Source of the DNA: Lama guanicoe
Taxonomy: Eukaryota
Direction: 5' to 3'
DNA: 64,000 bases
Assembly: GCA_013239625.1 (NCBI GenBank)
Contig: MU056000.1
Location: 12,599,175 to 12,663,174 of the forward strand
Numbering within the stretch: position 1 is the first letter of the stretch; each line of letters opens with the position of its first letter. The notes under the pieces were generated by a model. That model saw only the letters and a program-made list of their open reading frames with translations, had not been told where the DNA came from and made no database searches. The position numbers were made by a program, and so were the translations under genes. Of the stretch, positions 50,471-63,882 are shown piece by piece.

Positions 50471-50599
50471 GAAGGTGATCTTTGTACTATTTATATTTTT
50501 TGCAATTTTTTATAACTTTGAAACAATTTTCAAATAGAAAGTTAAAAAAAAGTAACCACAACATCATGTATCAATTCTGATTAAGTTAGACATTATAGT

Positions 50600-50735
50600 A
50601 TTTCCTTTCCACTTCTTCTTTCTTTTCTTTCCCCCTTTCTTCCCCCTCCTCCTCATTCCCTGTCTCTCTGTCCCTACCTCTTTCTGTCTCTCTTGTCCCC
50701 CTTCCCTTTCTTCCTCCTTCTGTCCTTCCTTCTGT
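50600..50735. repeat. Low-complexity polypyrimidine tract
   Basis: CT-rich run visible directly. Confidence 0.85.
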
Positions 50736-51064
50736 ATCATATAGATGAATACAGTTAGGGAACGTTTGGCTTACTGACATGTTCTACAGATTGAAATAAT
50801 TTTAGATTCAGGAATTAAAGGAAAACATTGGCTAGATCCAGGATAGGTGCTGTGCCTGGGAGAAATGGCAACAGAGATACAAGATGAGGTAAGGTGATCC
50901 AGAACTCATCTTTGGTTGTCTGTAGCTTGAGTAAAATAATCATGATAATGGCTATACCTTTACAAAATTTACAGGAAAATCCCTGCTTTATTTTGATTTA
51001 AAAATGACCATATGTCTACACCAAAATTTGTCAGGGTGTCGTAGAGGTTAGTAATGTGGGCTGA

Positions 51065-51230
51065 ACCTGAATTTAAACCCAGCCTTTTCCATTTACCACC
51101 TGGTTGATATTGGACAAACTGCTTAACCTTTTTGTTCCTCAGATTCCTCATCTCTTTTTAAAGTTTTTAGAAAAAATGGCAATAAATGCTTCAACATTAG
51201 CTATTACTAGTCTCAATCTTAATAATATTT
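51065..51230 (+). mobile_element. MIR fragment(s)
   Basis: CCTGAATTTAAACCCAGC...TTGGACAAACTGCTTAACCT...CCTCAGATTCCTCATCT. Confidence 0.7.
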
Positions 51231-52705
51231 GTAGATGATGTAGTATTTTTAACCATATATTATAAGATGTCATCAGTTTTGGAAATAACTTTTGCACAAG
51301 CCTGTGGAAATAGAGGGAAAAGGAAGAAGTCAACAATTCACTCCCCGGTTCCACTCTGATCCATCTCTTTGTAGGTCAGGTGGAATGTGGGACACGCTAC
51401 TATTGAGATGGACTTTGCAGATTTCAAAGGGAACAATAGGATCCCAGAATAGCAGAGGTCAGGTGGCAGCACGTAGTTGCTTATTTTTATCACAATAATA
51501 GATGCTGGACGGTCAGTTTTCGCCTGTTTATCTCCCATGCTGATGGGCTGTGTTTATTTTGTTGAGATGGGGGCTCAAATTGAACACAACACTCTTTGCC
51601 TTGTTATTTTCGATGGATAATGTTACCAGTCTTGCCCATCTACAAGTGGAGATGGCTTGTCAGTCCAGTGGGGCTCCATATACACTAAGTACAACCACAT
51701 TTTATTGGTGGATCTTTTCCAGGTTGCTTGCTTGGTGCTTTTCAAAATGCGCTGAGTAGCTGTTTGGGATTTGTCTCTGCTGACTCCACTGGGCTCAGTT
51801 TCAAATCTCTCCTAATCCACTAATGAACCTTTATTAAAGTGGGAGAGAGGTTGAATCAGTCTTTGGACACATTATTAAAATAAAGTTGGAGCAGTGAAAA
51901 GATGAAAAGAGAACGATAAAGGAACACTTGATCTCCCTTCCACATCCTAGTCAGTCTTTTTAAATCTGATTTTTTTGAGAAATGTCCATATTAGTAGGTT
52001 AATTTTTACTAGTCTTTAATTTTATTTTTCAAGGCAGCTCTATGAAGAGATGCTCATTCATCAAACTTTCCCCCTGTTTTTGCTCTTTTGTGATTTAAAG
52101 TTCAGGTTGAATAGGTTGATTGCCCATGAGAATTTAAATGATTAAGTAAGCAATGAAATGCCAACCTTTTATTATCCTGAAAAAGTGTCTGCTTGATCAG
52201 TTATTATGAAGCACCCTGATGGTTATTACTGCCTTGGTCCCAATTCCTCTGTCACCCACTCATGGTTCCCTGTGTCTGGGACACCCTGAGTCTATAATGA
52301 CTTATGCTGAACTGCAAAGGAATCACCATGTACCTTTTCAAAGATGTCCACTCATCCTTAAAGTCACAAATCAAGGAAGAGATGGCTTCCAGATATGCAA
52401 TTCAACTTCTGACACCAGACAGCCTTTATTCTGAAATGTCTCTGTTTTTCTATTAAAATTGTTCACAACTTCTGCTGGTTACTTACTCAAATCTTGGGCA
52501 AACAACTTGTGTTGGACCAGGGGGTGCACTGATGAATGTTTCAGAATTCCTGGCCTCCCAAGGAACTTGCATTCTGCCACGTAATTTATTTTATAAGAGG
52601 AAGTAATAATAATTTTTAGTCATTGAATTAAAAGAGAAAACCTCAATGAAGCATAATATTGTGTTTAGTACTTGTTTTTGTCAGTTCCCATTTCTTCATT
52701 AACTT

Positions 52706-52832
52706 ATTTTTTTGAGGGAGGGATATAGTTAAGTTTATTTATTTATTTATTATTTTTAATGGCAGTACTGGGATTGAACCAAGGACCTCATACATGCCAA
52801 GCATGGGCTCTACCACTGAGCTGTACCCTCCC
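52706..52832 (-). mobile_element. Camelid tRNA-derived SINE (Vic-1-like) with TSD
   Basis: Reverse reads GGGAGGGTACAGCTCAGTGGTAGAG...GGTTCAATCCCAGTAC. CATTAACTT is on both flanks (52697-52705, 52838-52846). Confidence 0.9.
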
Positions 52833-53379
52833 TACTACATTAACTTCTTAATTGGGGGGAAAATGGCCATTACACAAATCTATTTTTAAATTTAGCCATG
52901 GGTATTTGATTTCTCCTTCTCTATCTATCTATATATTTTTATCTCTCCACCTTCTCTCTCTACGTCTGTGTCTTTATTCTTATATATTTATCTTTAGATC
53001 TGTATCTGTATCTATATATAGATACATATAGATAACATATACCTTTCTCCATCTCTGTCTATGTATGTAGATATTTGTTATTTCTTTTGGATGAGCTGTA
53101 TTATTTATCTATGAAAAGTTGCTAATTAAATCAATACTTTTTCTCATCCTAACTTAAAATTATATAGCTTTTGATACTTTGAAGAATGCTTTTGTAATAC
53201 ATTATCTCATATACTCTTTACTAGGAAGAATGATTATCTTCAAATGAGAAAATAGTGGCTCAAAGAAGTCATTTGTTTAAAGTCAGGAAGCTAGTTAGTC
53301 ATCTCAGAGATCAGCTGTCTGTCTAAGATCAGCAAGCTAGTTAATGATGACAATGAAGTATAAAGAAAATGGTTAATTG

Positions 53380-54050
53380 TCTTTCTATTTCATGTATTTG
53401 TTCTATAAATAGTTGTTGAGTCCTTCTGTACACTAGGTATTATTCTTGATGTTGGGATTCAGTGGTAAGCAAAAGAGAGGAAACCTCTTGGCTTTGTAGA
53501 GCTTACATTCTGGTGAGGGAGACAAAAAAGAAATCACACTATGTAGAACATAAGAAGGTGATAAGGAAGCTGTAGGAAGAAGCTGAGCAGGATGGGGATA
53601 AGGAGTCTTGAAGAGTCATGGTTTATAAGTTAAGATAAGAGGGTCATAACGGGAAGGAGATATTTGGGAAGTGATTTAAAAGAGGCGTGAGAACAAGTCA
53701 CAGTTGAATCTGGAGCGATAGCAAAGGCACTGAGGAAGCAGTGAGCCACATGTGGTTGGAACAGCATGGAAAAGGGTTCCTTTGGGAGGTAAGATCTGAG
53801 ATGTGAGGGGTTTGGGGGGAGGGGGCAGGTGAAGGTGTGGGCTCAGCAGAGGGTGCTGGCCCTGGAGGCCACCATAAGGACTTTCCTTCTTCTCTGGGTG
53901 ATATTGAGGTCCGTTGGGTGGTTTGAGCAGAGGAGTAAACATGCTTTATTATCTGGCTTATTTTAAAAAGGATCATTCTGCTAAATGCCTTGAGAAAAAA
54001 ACAGCAGGAGGGCATAGGTGGTCACAGGGGATCCCAGTTGTAAAGGTTTT
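53380..54050 (-). mobile_element. L2 fragment
   Basis: AAATAGTTGTTGAG...TAGAGCTTACATTCTGGTGAGGGAGAC...TAAGGACTTT...TTTGAGCAGAGGAGTAAACATG...TTTTAAAAAGGATCATTCTG. Confidence 0.82.
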
Positions 54051-56849
54051 GTAAACTGGGCATATGTCCAAGGAGCAGTGGACGTATGCTCTCAAATTCT
54101 GTGGTCTAGCTGGGGCTCTTTCCACAAACTGTTGGGAGATCTTGAGACAATTACTTAATGTTTCACTAGAAACGGAAATAAAGCTCAACAGTTAGGAAAT
54201 GAGCCAATTTCCTCTTACTGCCTACGATTTGTACCCTGCTAGGATCCCCGAGCTTGGTTTTCTTTTCACTTTCTAATGCCAGAGTGTGTGTCTGCTCACC
54301 CCACCTCCATCCTCACGGGCTGTTTACTATCAGCTCCGCCTTCCCTTCCTGACCTTCCTCATCACATGCGCAAGACGAGAGGCCACGGACAATGGCCGTG
54401 CTAGGCCCGGAGTCATTCTGGAGTTGTAGGTTGCAACCCACAGCCTACACTTTTCATTAAAGCAATCAAAGCGGAGTTTAGAGATATTTTAAAGGTTAAA
54501 ACAAGGCAACTTGAACAACCTACCTAATCACTGAAATATTTCATATTGCAGAATTTACAGTCTCCGTAGAAGACAGACCACTGTGCTGGAATTCTGGGAC
54601 TGGGGTATGCCATGTGCATCCATGTATCAGCTCTGTTTTGGTTTCATTTCACTTTAGTTATTTGATTGGGTGTCTGCAAAAGCCCGTGTGCACATTTTTA
54701 TGAGCCTTGGGACAATTTACTGCCAAGCTTGCCTGAACTCTAAAATATGCTTCTAGTTTCTGAGAACCACAAATTATTTACCAAATAAGCAAGGAAATAG
54801 AGGTCATTGAGTTCATTTCTTACATAATTTTAAACTTCCTTTCTGAGTACTGACATCTCCCAGCAGTCAGAGTGATGTGTTTTCAGGCAGAGTCAATAAC
54901 AAAGAGGAAGGACTAGGAAGTGATAAAGGGGCTAACTGCTATCCTGCTCTGTTTGCTTGCTCTTGATGCTAAGTGCCAAGAATCAAAGCTAGAATAGTGG
55001 ATGGTACGTAGAAAAGAATCCTTCCTTTCCAATTTTATTGTGTTTATAGAGTTGAGCAGGAAATGCTGATAATACTCTATCTTGCGGGAAGTAAATTTAT
55101 TTAAGGTGAAAAATGAGTACTTCCCCAAAAGAATAAGTAATCATTAAAATGGAATTAGAGAGCAGTATAGAAAGTAAATCTTTCGAACACCAACTGGTGT
55201 CACTTTCTTCCAAGCTATTTCAAGAGTGACTGCACATAACTAGTACATATATTCAGCAGAAAGAAGAAAGAGTGATGATGAAAGGATGATTCTATGAAAT
55301 GTAAGGGGAATAAGTAATGGCCTTCAATCAAATGAACAGGATAAAGAAGGAGGGAGTGATAAGTCCTGTGTCTAGTTTGGAACGATGATAACTCAGCTGA
55401 GTGAAGTGGGAAGATACGCATAGATAGTTTGAAAGTTAGGAATTTCTTAATAGTTGGCAAATTTCTTATTGTGTAGATTTACGTATGAAAGATAGTACAT
55501 GGGTCCATCCAAAGGAGCTAGGACAAAATGTCACTTATTTTGGGGGGAGGTCCTTTCCCCTTCAAATTTTATCTTTTTTTTTTTCTTCCTTAGAGGGCAG
55601 AGGAATGAGAGGTACTGGGTGCTGGTGGGTCATTTACCTTGGAGATTCCCCTACTATGAAGGAAATAGCTTGTAGAGCCAGCAGAGACCTCTCCCTGGGG
55701 CATTCTCCAATTTGTGAATTGAGTATTTGGAGATGAGAGACCAGATGTTTTCATGACATCAGCAGGGTGTAACTGAATCAAGGGATAGGACCCAGAAGGA
55801 AATTCAGTGACTGAGAGTAGGGGGCAAGATTCCCAACTGAATTTAGCTATAATTTCAGATGCAGAGAGAAGAGTGCTCCAGAAAGCACTGTTCCAAGGAT
55901 ATTATAAGTTATAAAATTCCTTCATGTTTATGATTTTAATTATCCCTGTTTCCCAAAGTGACCAGCAAAAGAAGGAAATGGATGTGTGTGCCAGAAATTG
56001 GAAGGACTATATCCAGTTTCACAGCCAGGCTTGTGGCTGGGGAGGGGATGGTGCAATTCAAAGAAGGGAGAGGGGCTGGCAGTTTCTGGGAGGAGAAGGT
56101 AGGAGAGGAGAGCAGGTTTGGTCCATGATGAAAAGACTCATTGGGAACCCAGGCTAATCCCATTGGGATCTATAACACTCCAGACAAAATCCAGAAGGAA
56201 AAAGGAGTTGAAATGGACCTGCAGATATTGAACTGTCAGAAATGATTTACATAATGGAAGTTCAGGCTATGAATAAGTTCATTTTTATATATACGTATGA
56301 CCTATGTAAAGTATGTGCATTTCATATCCATGGTGGTCTCTGTAAAGACTCTTCAATAATGCCTGGCACCTGTTAAGGACTCAATAAATGTTGACTCTTA
56401 TCTCTGAGTCCACCCACAATTTGTGCCCAATTCTCTATTTTTCTGGTGCTGTGAACAACCTTTAGCCAAGCTTTCTGAAATGTAATTCTGTCCTTTCTAA
56501 AGCAAATGCATGTAGAGTTAAGACTCTGTATTCTTGACTCTATATCTTTGGAATTACTTTCTCAGTGTTCCAATGTACTCATATTGGTCAGGCATGGAGA
56601 TTCTTCTTGCAAATGGTTTTATTTATTTTAATTACAGGACAATTTTAAACAAACAGTTTCTATTATTTCTGAAAAGCTGCTAAAATAGTCAAATAATAAA
56701 TACAATTTATGCATCTTTCACTTTTGCTTTGAAGTTATAGAATTTAATTTCTCTTTTAAAATTAACAGGATTAAAAAATAATTTGTAGCACATTCCATTT
56801 GAGTTTAAAATAAGGTCTTTAGTACAGTGATCATCTCGACCACCTGAAT

Positions 56850-58130
56850 TATGGAGAATCTATTGTCTTCAGCAGTTTGATTTTGATGGAACTAGTTATG
56901 GTTTTTTTGTTCTGTTTGGGGTTAGTTGAAATTCTTGAATGTGAGGGCTTCCCTCTTTAAGATCTTTGGAAAAGACTTGACCATGTTTTCTTCATATATT
57001 TCTCCTGCTCTATTCTTTCTTTATTCTTCAGTTAACCCCAATAATAAGGATGCAAAATTTTGCCCTATGATCTGCATATGATCCGTATGTGTATTTTTTT
57101 GTTCTCTGTGCTGAAGTCAAATATTTTAGACTAATCTGTCTTTGGGATCATGTAATAAATCTTCTGCTGTGCTATTAAACTCATCCAATGAGTTATTATT
57201 AATTTCATATACTATATCTTTCAATCTTAGAATAGTGATTTTTATGGATTCCAATTCTTTAATGAAATTCCACATCCTTTCATCATTTTGTCCATATTTT
57301 CTTTCAATTTCTTTAACCCATTAATCATTGTATCAAAGTCTTTGGATGCTAACTACAGTGTCCATTTTTTTTAATTTGCATTTGCATCAGTTGTCTGTTC
57401 CACTTGGTTATTGGTCACTCTTTCCTACCTCTTTTCATGTCAGTGATTTATTAGTCTATGACAAATGTTCTATACAGTGCCAGTGTCAAAGCTCTGTATG
57501 GTGCTGCTTCTGGCAGACAAGGTGAGGAGCTGATCACTTCACTCCACAGGGCCTGAGCTGAGTCAGGGACGGACGTCTTAGTAAGACTCCTTCCACCTGT
57601 AGCTCTGCCTTTCCCCTTAGGCCTGTCTCTCCTGAACTTCTGACTGCGAGCTCTGACAGACCTTGGGAGATTAGGTCCATCCTTTAGTATCTTGCTTCAC
57701 ACTGCTTCCAGATTTGATGGATGTCTTGGGGAGATTGGTGATGGTTCTGAGCCAGGCCCCTTTTCTTAAGTGGGGCTTTTTCTCTTACTTATTATGGGAA
57801 TACTGGAGATTTTAGTCTCCCTTACAGAAGTTTTCAAACCTTATGCTCAGCCCCAGGATTCAGCAAAATGCTATGGGCCAAACTAACCAAGCATTTACGG
57901 ATGCTTTAGTTTCCAGATCATTGTGGTCCCTTATTTGAATGCCAAAATATTGGCTGGTCTCTCTTTGCCATCTTACGATCCTTCTGTGTGGCCCGGGTCT
58001 TATCCTCAGACTGCAGTTAGAATCGGCAAGTGCTTCAGGGAAGAAAATAGCCCTTGGAAGGCAACTCACCTTCACAAAGCTCTCTGCTCCTCTGTTGAAT
58101 TTTTGTTCATTTATTTCTATGTATTTCCAC
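56850..58130 (-). mobile_element. Ancient L1M/HAL1-type ORF1 and 5' region relic
   Basis: CAGCAGTTTGATTTTGATG...TTGAAATTCTTGAAT...CTATTAAACTCATCCAATGAGTT...ATTTCATATACTATATCTTTCA. Extent approximate. Confidence 0.6.
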
Positions 58131-58145
58131 AATCTCTGATCTCTT

Positions 58146-58337
58146 ATTTTCTTTCAAATTTTTTTCTTTTTTTTTAATTGAAGTATACTCAGTTCACAAT
58201 GTTGTGTACATCAATTTCTGGTGTACAGCGTACTGTTTCAGTCATACATATACATACATATATTTATTTTCATATTCTTTTCCATTATAGGTTACTATAA
58301 TGTATCAAATACAGTTCCCTGTACTATACAGAAGAAG
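58146..58337 (-). mobile_element. L1 3' end with perfect 13-bp TSD
   Basis: ATTGAAGTATACTCAGTTCACAATG...AGTTCCCTGTACTATACAG. TSD TCTCTGATCTCTT at 58133-58145 and 58338-58350. Confidence 0.93.
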
Positions 58338-58611
58338 TCTCTGATCTCTTTAAATGTGATTTTTGAAATCAATTTATACTTTTTAGTTGGCGCAAGAATG
58401 TATTCTGCTGCAATCAATTGCATTCTACCTGAAACCGGAGGTCCCCCTGGGGCCAACTTTTAAGAACTTGGGACAGCTATGTCCTTCCAACTTAATAGCC
58501 TATAAGGAGGTATTTACATATTTTTCCAGGAGCTCCAGGTGAGACTGTAACAAAGAAAAGTGTGGTTGTTTGTATGTGACAAGTAGAGTTTAAAAATTAC
58601 ATTTGCAGATC

Positions 58612-58832
58612 CTGAACTACAAATTTTGGTATCTGCAGATGCTACCATCTGTAAGTAGGTGAACAGCAAGGTCTTGCTGTGTAGCACAGGGAACTACATC
58701 CAAAACCTTGTAATAGCCTGTAATGAAAAAGACTATGAAAAGGAATATGTATATAAAAAACGGAATCACTATGCTGTACATTAGAAATTAGCACAACATT
58801 GTAAATTGATTATACTTCAATAAAAAATTAAA
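58612..58832 (+). mobile_element. L1 3' end
   Basis: TGTAGCACAGGGAACTACATCCAA...CACAACATTGTAAATTGATTATACTTCAATAAAAAA. Confidence 0.9.
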
Positions 58833-59444
58833 TTAGTATGCCAAAAGTTCAAAGAGAATTCTATTTTCTGGTAATTTACACTCCCATCACATACAAGAAT
58901 AATGATAGTATTGAAAAAGCCAAATTAATCACTTTTTTTCCCAATATGGGAAATATTTGTCATGATGAATACTGTAGGAAAGATTGTAATATTTGAATCT
59001 TGCGGGTGATAATGGGACCTTAAAGGTGGCGTGGGGCCCACATGAAAAGCCCGACTCTCCTTTTTTCTCTGCATTGATGGAGGGAGAACAGGGCTTACTG
59101 AGAGCTATGTGGCTGCCCACGGAGCTTACCCTGCACACCTCAGTGCAAGAAAGGATGTTAGTCTGGATGGGAACCTAGGAAAGTGCTGGATCCAGGGAAC
59201 GTCCACTGAGTCAGTGGACTGACGTCTAAGGAAGTGGCTGTCATCACCCTTAAGTGTGGTGGCTGTGTCTGTGACTTCAGTAGACCCTTTTGTGTGTCTT
59301 GAATAAATATTCCTTTTGGAACTGAACTTCAGGAATCCTTCATTTTGGTCCGCTCTGGTTTTCTTTCTGGCTTTTCTACCAGCATGATACCCCAACTCTG
59401 CTCTTCATGTAAGTTTCCCTGACCACATGGCTGTACCTTCGCAT

Positions 59445-59610
59445 TTTAAAACACTTAACAGACTTTATTTCATTTAATCCTTATAATGAACTCGCGTGAC
59501 TCTGCCTGGCCTGAGTTCCACCTTATAGACAAAAAAAAAATCACAGGTTGGGAAGTTAAGCACAATCAGTCATGGTAGTGACAGGACTCAAAATCAGGTC
59601 ATTTTACTTC
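59445..59610 (-). mobile_element. MIR fragment
   Basis: TTTCATTTAATCCTTATAA...AAGTTAAG...CAGGACTCAAA. Confidence 0.55.
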
Positions 59611-62600
59611 TTTTTTTTCTTTTCCTTCTTTATCATCATGTGAATTGATCCCAGTTCTAAGATGACAGATGGCACTAGAGCAAAACATTTCTTTACATCT
59701 GGTATATAGCTGAAAAGTGAAGATTCTGCACAAATAAATATAAAAGGAATTTTTACCATCTCCTATAACTTCCTTTCTGAGACCTGGCACTATCCAAACT
59801 TGGATAAAAGAAAGGGGCCTTACATAACTTAACTCAAAGTAGAGAAAATTGCAGACTCACAGCATCAGATAGCCTGCGGTGAACATCCTCGAAATTATGG
59901 AAGGTCTGATGGTCTTGGAGATGGCTCGGCCCTGAATTGCACCAGTGAGGTACAAGTTCCTTCCTGCCGCTCCTTCAATTTCAACTTCACTCATGAATTG
60001 GATACTTTTTTCTTCCCACATTGGTCCATCTAGGAGAGACTGGGTGGAACTGAATGGCTGGATGTCTAGGCTGAGGCAAGGAGAAGAGGGGACTTGGAGG
60101 AGTGGAAGTTCCTAGAGGAGATACTCTGATAAACTGAAAGAAAGACAACTACATGGGGGAACTGAGAAGTGAATGAATAACTTCTAAGCTCACTGAGAAA
60201 GAAGATCAGTTGTATAGGGCAAAGCAAACTTGTTGAACCGAATGTTTTCCTTTGGTAATTTTGTAGCTTAAAAAATGATAAAATATTAGCAATTGTATAT
60301 GATTTGACCCAATATTTTGTAACTGCTTTTCTATGCTGGAAGAATAATCTTTGACAATGTAAGCTATAAACATACATGGTTTAAAAACACAATGCCCTGT
60401 TTCTAATATGTTAAATATTTTGATAAGTAAATTCTCAGTCATGACTTCATCCTCACTTGAAGACATAGTATATTAGCCAGATGCTTGCAGTCTGGGAAGA
60501 TTACCCCGGGTTCCACAGCTACAAATGCAGATGTCACTGGGGGAGTGCCTTGGTGACTTAAATAACACTAGTATTTTGCCATACTTAGAACTTCCACTTG
60601 GCCAGCTCACGAATTTCCACATTTGACTTTCAATCTTTTTCTTCTTTCTGCATCTGAATTCCCTTTCTCTCTTCAGAACTCATTTATATATTTTTAAATA
60701 CATTTAGTTATGCTTTAAACGTGTCTGGTAGGAAAGGATGTTTCTTACTGGAAAGCTTTCCATGTTGCCGGAAATAGGGGACATGCCAGTTTGAGGTGAA
60801 GGAAGTAGAGAGATTTCATAAGTCATGAAAGATAAGCACACAATGGCTTTCCCATAAGCAAGCATTTCAAAATGTATGTGTGGAAAGGAAGTAAAGGAAT
60901 AAAATGCAAATCAAGTTATTTTAAACTATTATTTTCAGGGCCAAGGAAGAAGTTACAAGAATAAAATCCCTACAAAACATTTTAAGTCCTTCGGTGGTGT
61001 TTTTTTGGGGAAGTAATTTAGAGATGATTGGGTATTGTTATATTTAATTTGATTTTTTAGAACAAAAGTTTACCCAAATAGAAAGCTTTGTCATTCCTTT
61101 CCCCCACAACTTTAAAAAGTAAACTGTGAGCCTTGAGTCAGCATCATTTTTCTTTTTTAGATTCTTTTGCTTGCAAATTCATCCACCATCAAATTACATT
61201 GTATTCCTTCCTCTTTTGCCTACCTGTGGCTGAGCCTTTTATAAATAAATCCAAAACCTGGTCATCCTCTCGCCTGTTGCTCTGAGTAAACAGTAAGAAA
61301 GCAGAGGCCTGAGTCCAGTGATTTGATTTTATACAAGTGGATCTTGTTAGAACATTTCTTTCTGCCTGGGATATCAGAAGATTTACTTGTAAACTTCTTT
61401 GCCAAGAGAACAATGGTGGTATTTAATGTTTCTACCATCTGTTGTAGTTTCAAAGAATTTGCTTGAATCCTGCCAAAATGACTGAATTAAGAAATGCTTA
61501 ATTGACTAATTAAAAAAAACCTCATTTGAATCATTCAGCTGTTTGCTCTTTACCAGTCCATGCTGTCTATGATTGTATATTTTAAATTTTTGTTCTATTA
61601 TTTCTTGGCAATGTGTGGATCCAGCTATTTTCGCTAATGATACAGCCCTTTGAACTCCAGCTAGTCTATTGTAAAATTGAATAAAAATCTATCATGTCTT
61701 CTTTCAAAGAGAGCACTGTATGTAAATAGAGGGTGATTTGAAACCACTTGAGAAGTGGGGATGAGATCCCAAAGGAACAGGCTAAACTAATTCTGAGCAG
61801 AATGGATCCTATGACTTGTGGGGCTTCTGAGTAGGACACACAACTCTGGGGCCAAAGCTGAAATTCTCAGGGCAATGGCCATGTAGTGGAGCATCCTTCC
61901 AGTCATCTCTGTTTTCTGCCCCTCTCTTACCTCTTCCTGGTCCCACCCCATGTAATTTGCAGCTTCTCCTCTAAATGTCGAAGATATTTTTACGTAGCAA
62001 AGCTATGTCAAAGTACATAGCTGCTCAGGTTGCTCACACATCTTGGTTTAGGTCTGATCAATTAGGTCCTTCATTTCTCCATGTATATTGGTGTTAAGTG
62101 ATTTTTTTTTTTTTGGTTGCAGGATGCTTTGGAACTCTCCCTCTTTCTTTCCCTTTCTCCTTTCTCTTCTTTCAGAATGCCACCAAGAATTAGATAAATG
62201 TATCTATTATAAATGCTGTGAAGAGTGATTTGTAGTGTGTTGTCAGATACAGGGCTGGCCTTGGGGAATCAGGGATTGGGTTAAGGATGCAGGTGGAAGA
62301 GTAGGGAAGTAAGATGCTTCCATCTTCCCAGTCTAGAGAAATTAGGCTGGAGCCACATGCTCTGAAAGAAAAGGAGGTGTTTGCATTTCTATCATCTTTG
62401 AGCTCTGATTACTAATGTAGTCATCTTTAAAGACTTCTACTGTTTACAATAAAACTGTAATCTCCCTCCTCCCCTCCTCTCTCCTGTGTTGCACAGCTCC
62501 TGATTGCAAGTTTATTCTTGGCATCTTTGAATTGCAAGGATGCTTTCACGTTCTTTCTCCTCCATGCACTCTTCCATCCCTGCTGCTGCTCTTCACTTCC

Positions 62601-62854
62601 TGCTGCAGAAGTGCTGAGCCTCTTGTAGGGCATCTCTCTCAGCCAATGAACATCCAGCAGAGAATGGAAACCTTCCACCCCACAAGTCGGGAAGAGGCTC
62701 CTTACAAAGTATTATATTTTTCAAAAAGTGGCTGCAGTTGGTTTTGGTATTAGGCAGTGAAAAAAACCCCAAATGATTTAACATTGTTTGCATAATACAG
62801 ATTTTCATTTACTGGAAGAAAACTTTGTGTTAAGTGTTTGTGTGTGTGTGTGAC

Positions 62855-63330
62855 CGTAAACATATTTCTTGAGTAACCTTTATGTGCCAGGTATGATGCT
62901 AATTGACATATAATTGAACAGAACAACCATGGTCTCTTTCCTCAACCAATTTACAATCTAACATAAAGTAGACCTCACATTTCAAATCCAGAATGATATA
63001 ATTACCATATAACCACTGTATTTGAAGAAAGCAATAAAAAGTACACAGAACTTATAAGATGATTTAACAGGGGAATTTCATCTAGCTTGGAAATTGAAAT
63101 AATCCTTCCTATGAAAGGGGATTTATTATGAGAGCTTAAGGATGAGTAGGAACAGAGCAGATGAAATAAGGAGCCAGAAGCTGGGGGTAGAAATGAAAGA
63201 GAGGTGGGGAGTGTAGAGGAGGCTGATGGATGGAAAGAAAGTGGTAGTGTCATTGGATTGTAAGTCGCAATGCAGGGAAAAGTGTTGCAGTGAGGGGAGA
63301 GCAACAAGGCATTTAGAAAGAGAGGAGATT
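62855..63330 (-). mobile_element. L2 fragment
   Basis: AAACATATTTCTTGAGTAACCTTTATGTGCCAGG...TTTACAATCTA...GAGCTTAAGGATGAGTAGGA. Confidence 0.7.
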
Positions 63331-63335
63331 AAGGG

Positions 63336-63366
63336 TTGTGTCTGTGTGTGTGTGTGTGTGTTTGTG
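63336..63366. repeat. (TG)n microsatellite
   Basis: Directly visible. Confidence 0.95.
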
Positions 63367-63839
63367 AAATTGTGGCGGCATCTTAAGTGCAGTTTCTAAT
63401 TATGACTAAATATACGGTGTGGTTGTGGAAGCTGGTGCTGCAGGTGGAGTGATGGCAAAGACCGCTGGGTATCAAGTTAGGACAGTGCTGGCCCAGGTGT
63501 TGATGATGTGCACACGTGATGTTGAATTTACCTAGCTCCATGGCAGGCGTGAGATGAAAAGAAGACTGTGAGTCAGTGTTAAATTCTTTACTGCATGACC
63601 AGATGGTTAAGCAATGGCTACAAGGAGAAAAGGCTCTTATGGCCACTTGCTCAAAGGAGCCGCTTACAAAAGAGAGAGCGAGCATTTGTCTGGAGCTGGC
63701 ACTGGGGAGTCAGGAAGACATCACCTCAACACTTCCAACCCTGAGATATTTGGGGCTTGAGAATATAGCATAGCTCCCAATCTCAACTTGAGACAAGTAG
63801 AATTTTGAGGGGAAGGTAAGTTTCAGGGAAATCAAGGTA

Positions 63840-63882
63840 GTGTTTGTGTGTGTGTGTATGTGTGTGTGTGTGTGTGTGTGTG
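63840..63882. repeat. (TG)n microsatellite
   Basis: Directly visible. Confidence 0.95.

Larger units (their letters stand above)
47985..50550 (+). mobile_element. Old L1MC/ME-type 3' host element split into several pieces by later insertions
   Basis: Pieces: GGACATTATTAGGTCAACTG...GTGGTTATGTAAGAGA | AAGTATTTAGAGGTAA | AGCAAATAGGGTAAA...TTAACAA | CTTTGTACTATT...TTGCAATTTT...CAAATAGAAAGTTAAAAAAA. Confidence 0.7.

Noticed and set aside
62427..62808. Cluster of three overlapping ORFs with a CCAAT motif
   Set aside because: No recognisable peptide and no paired splice signals; consistent with chance.
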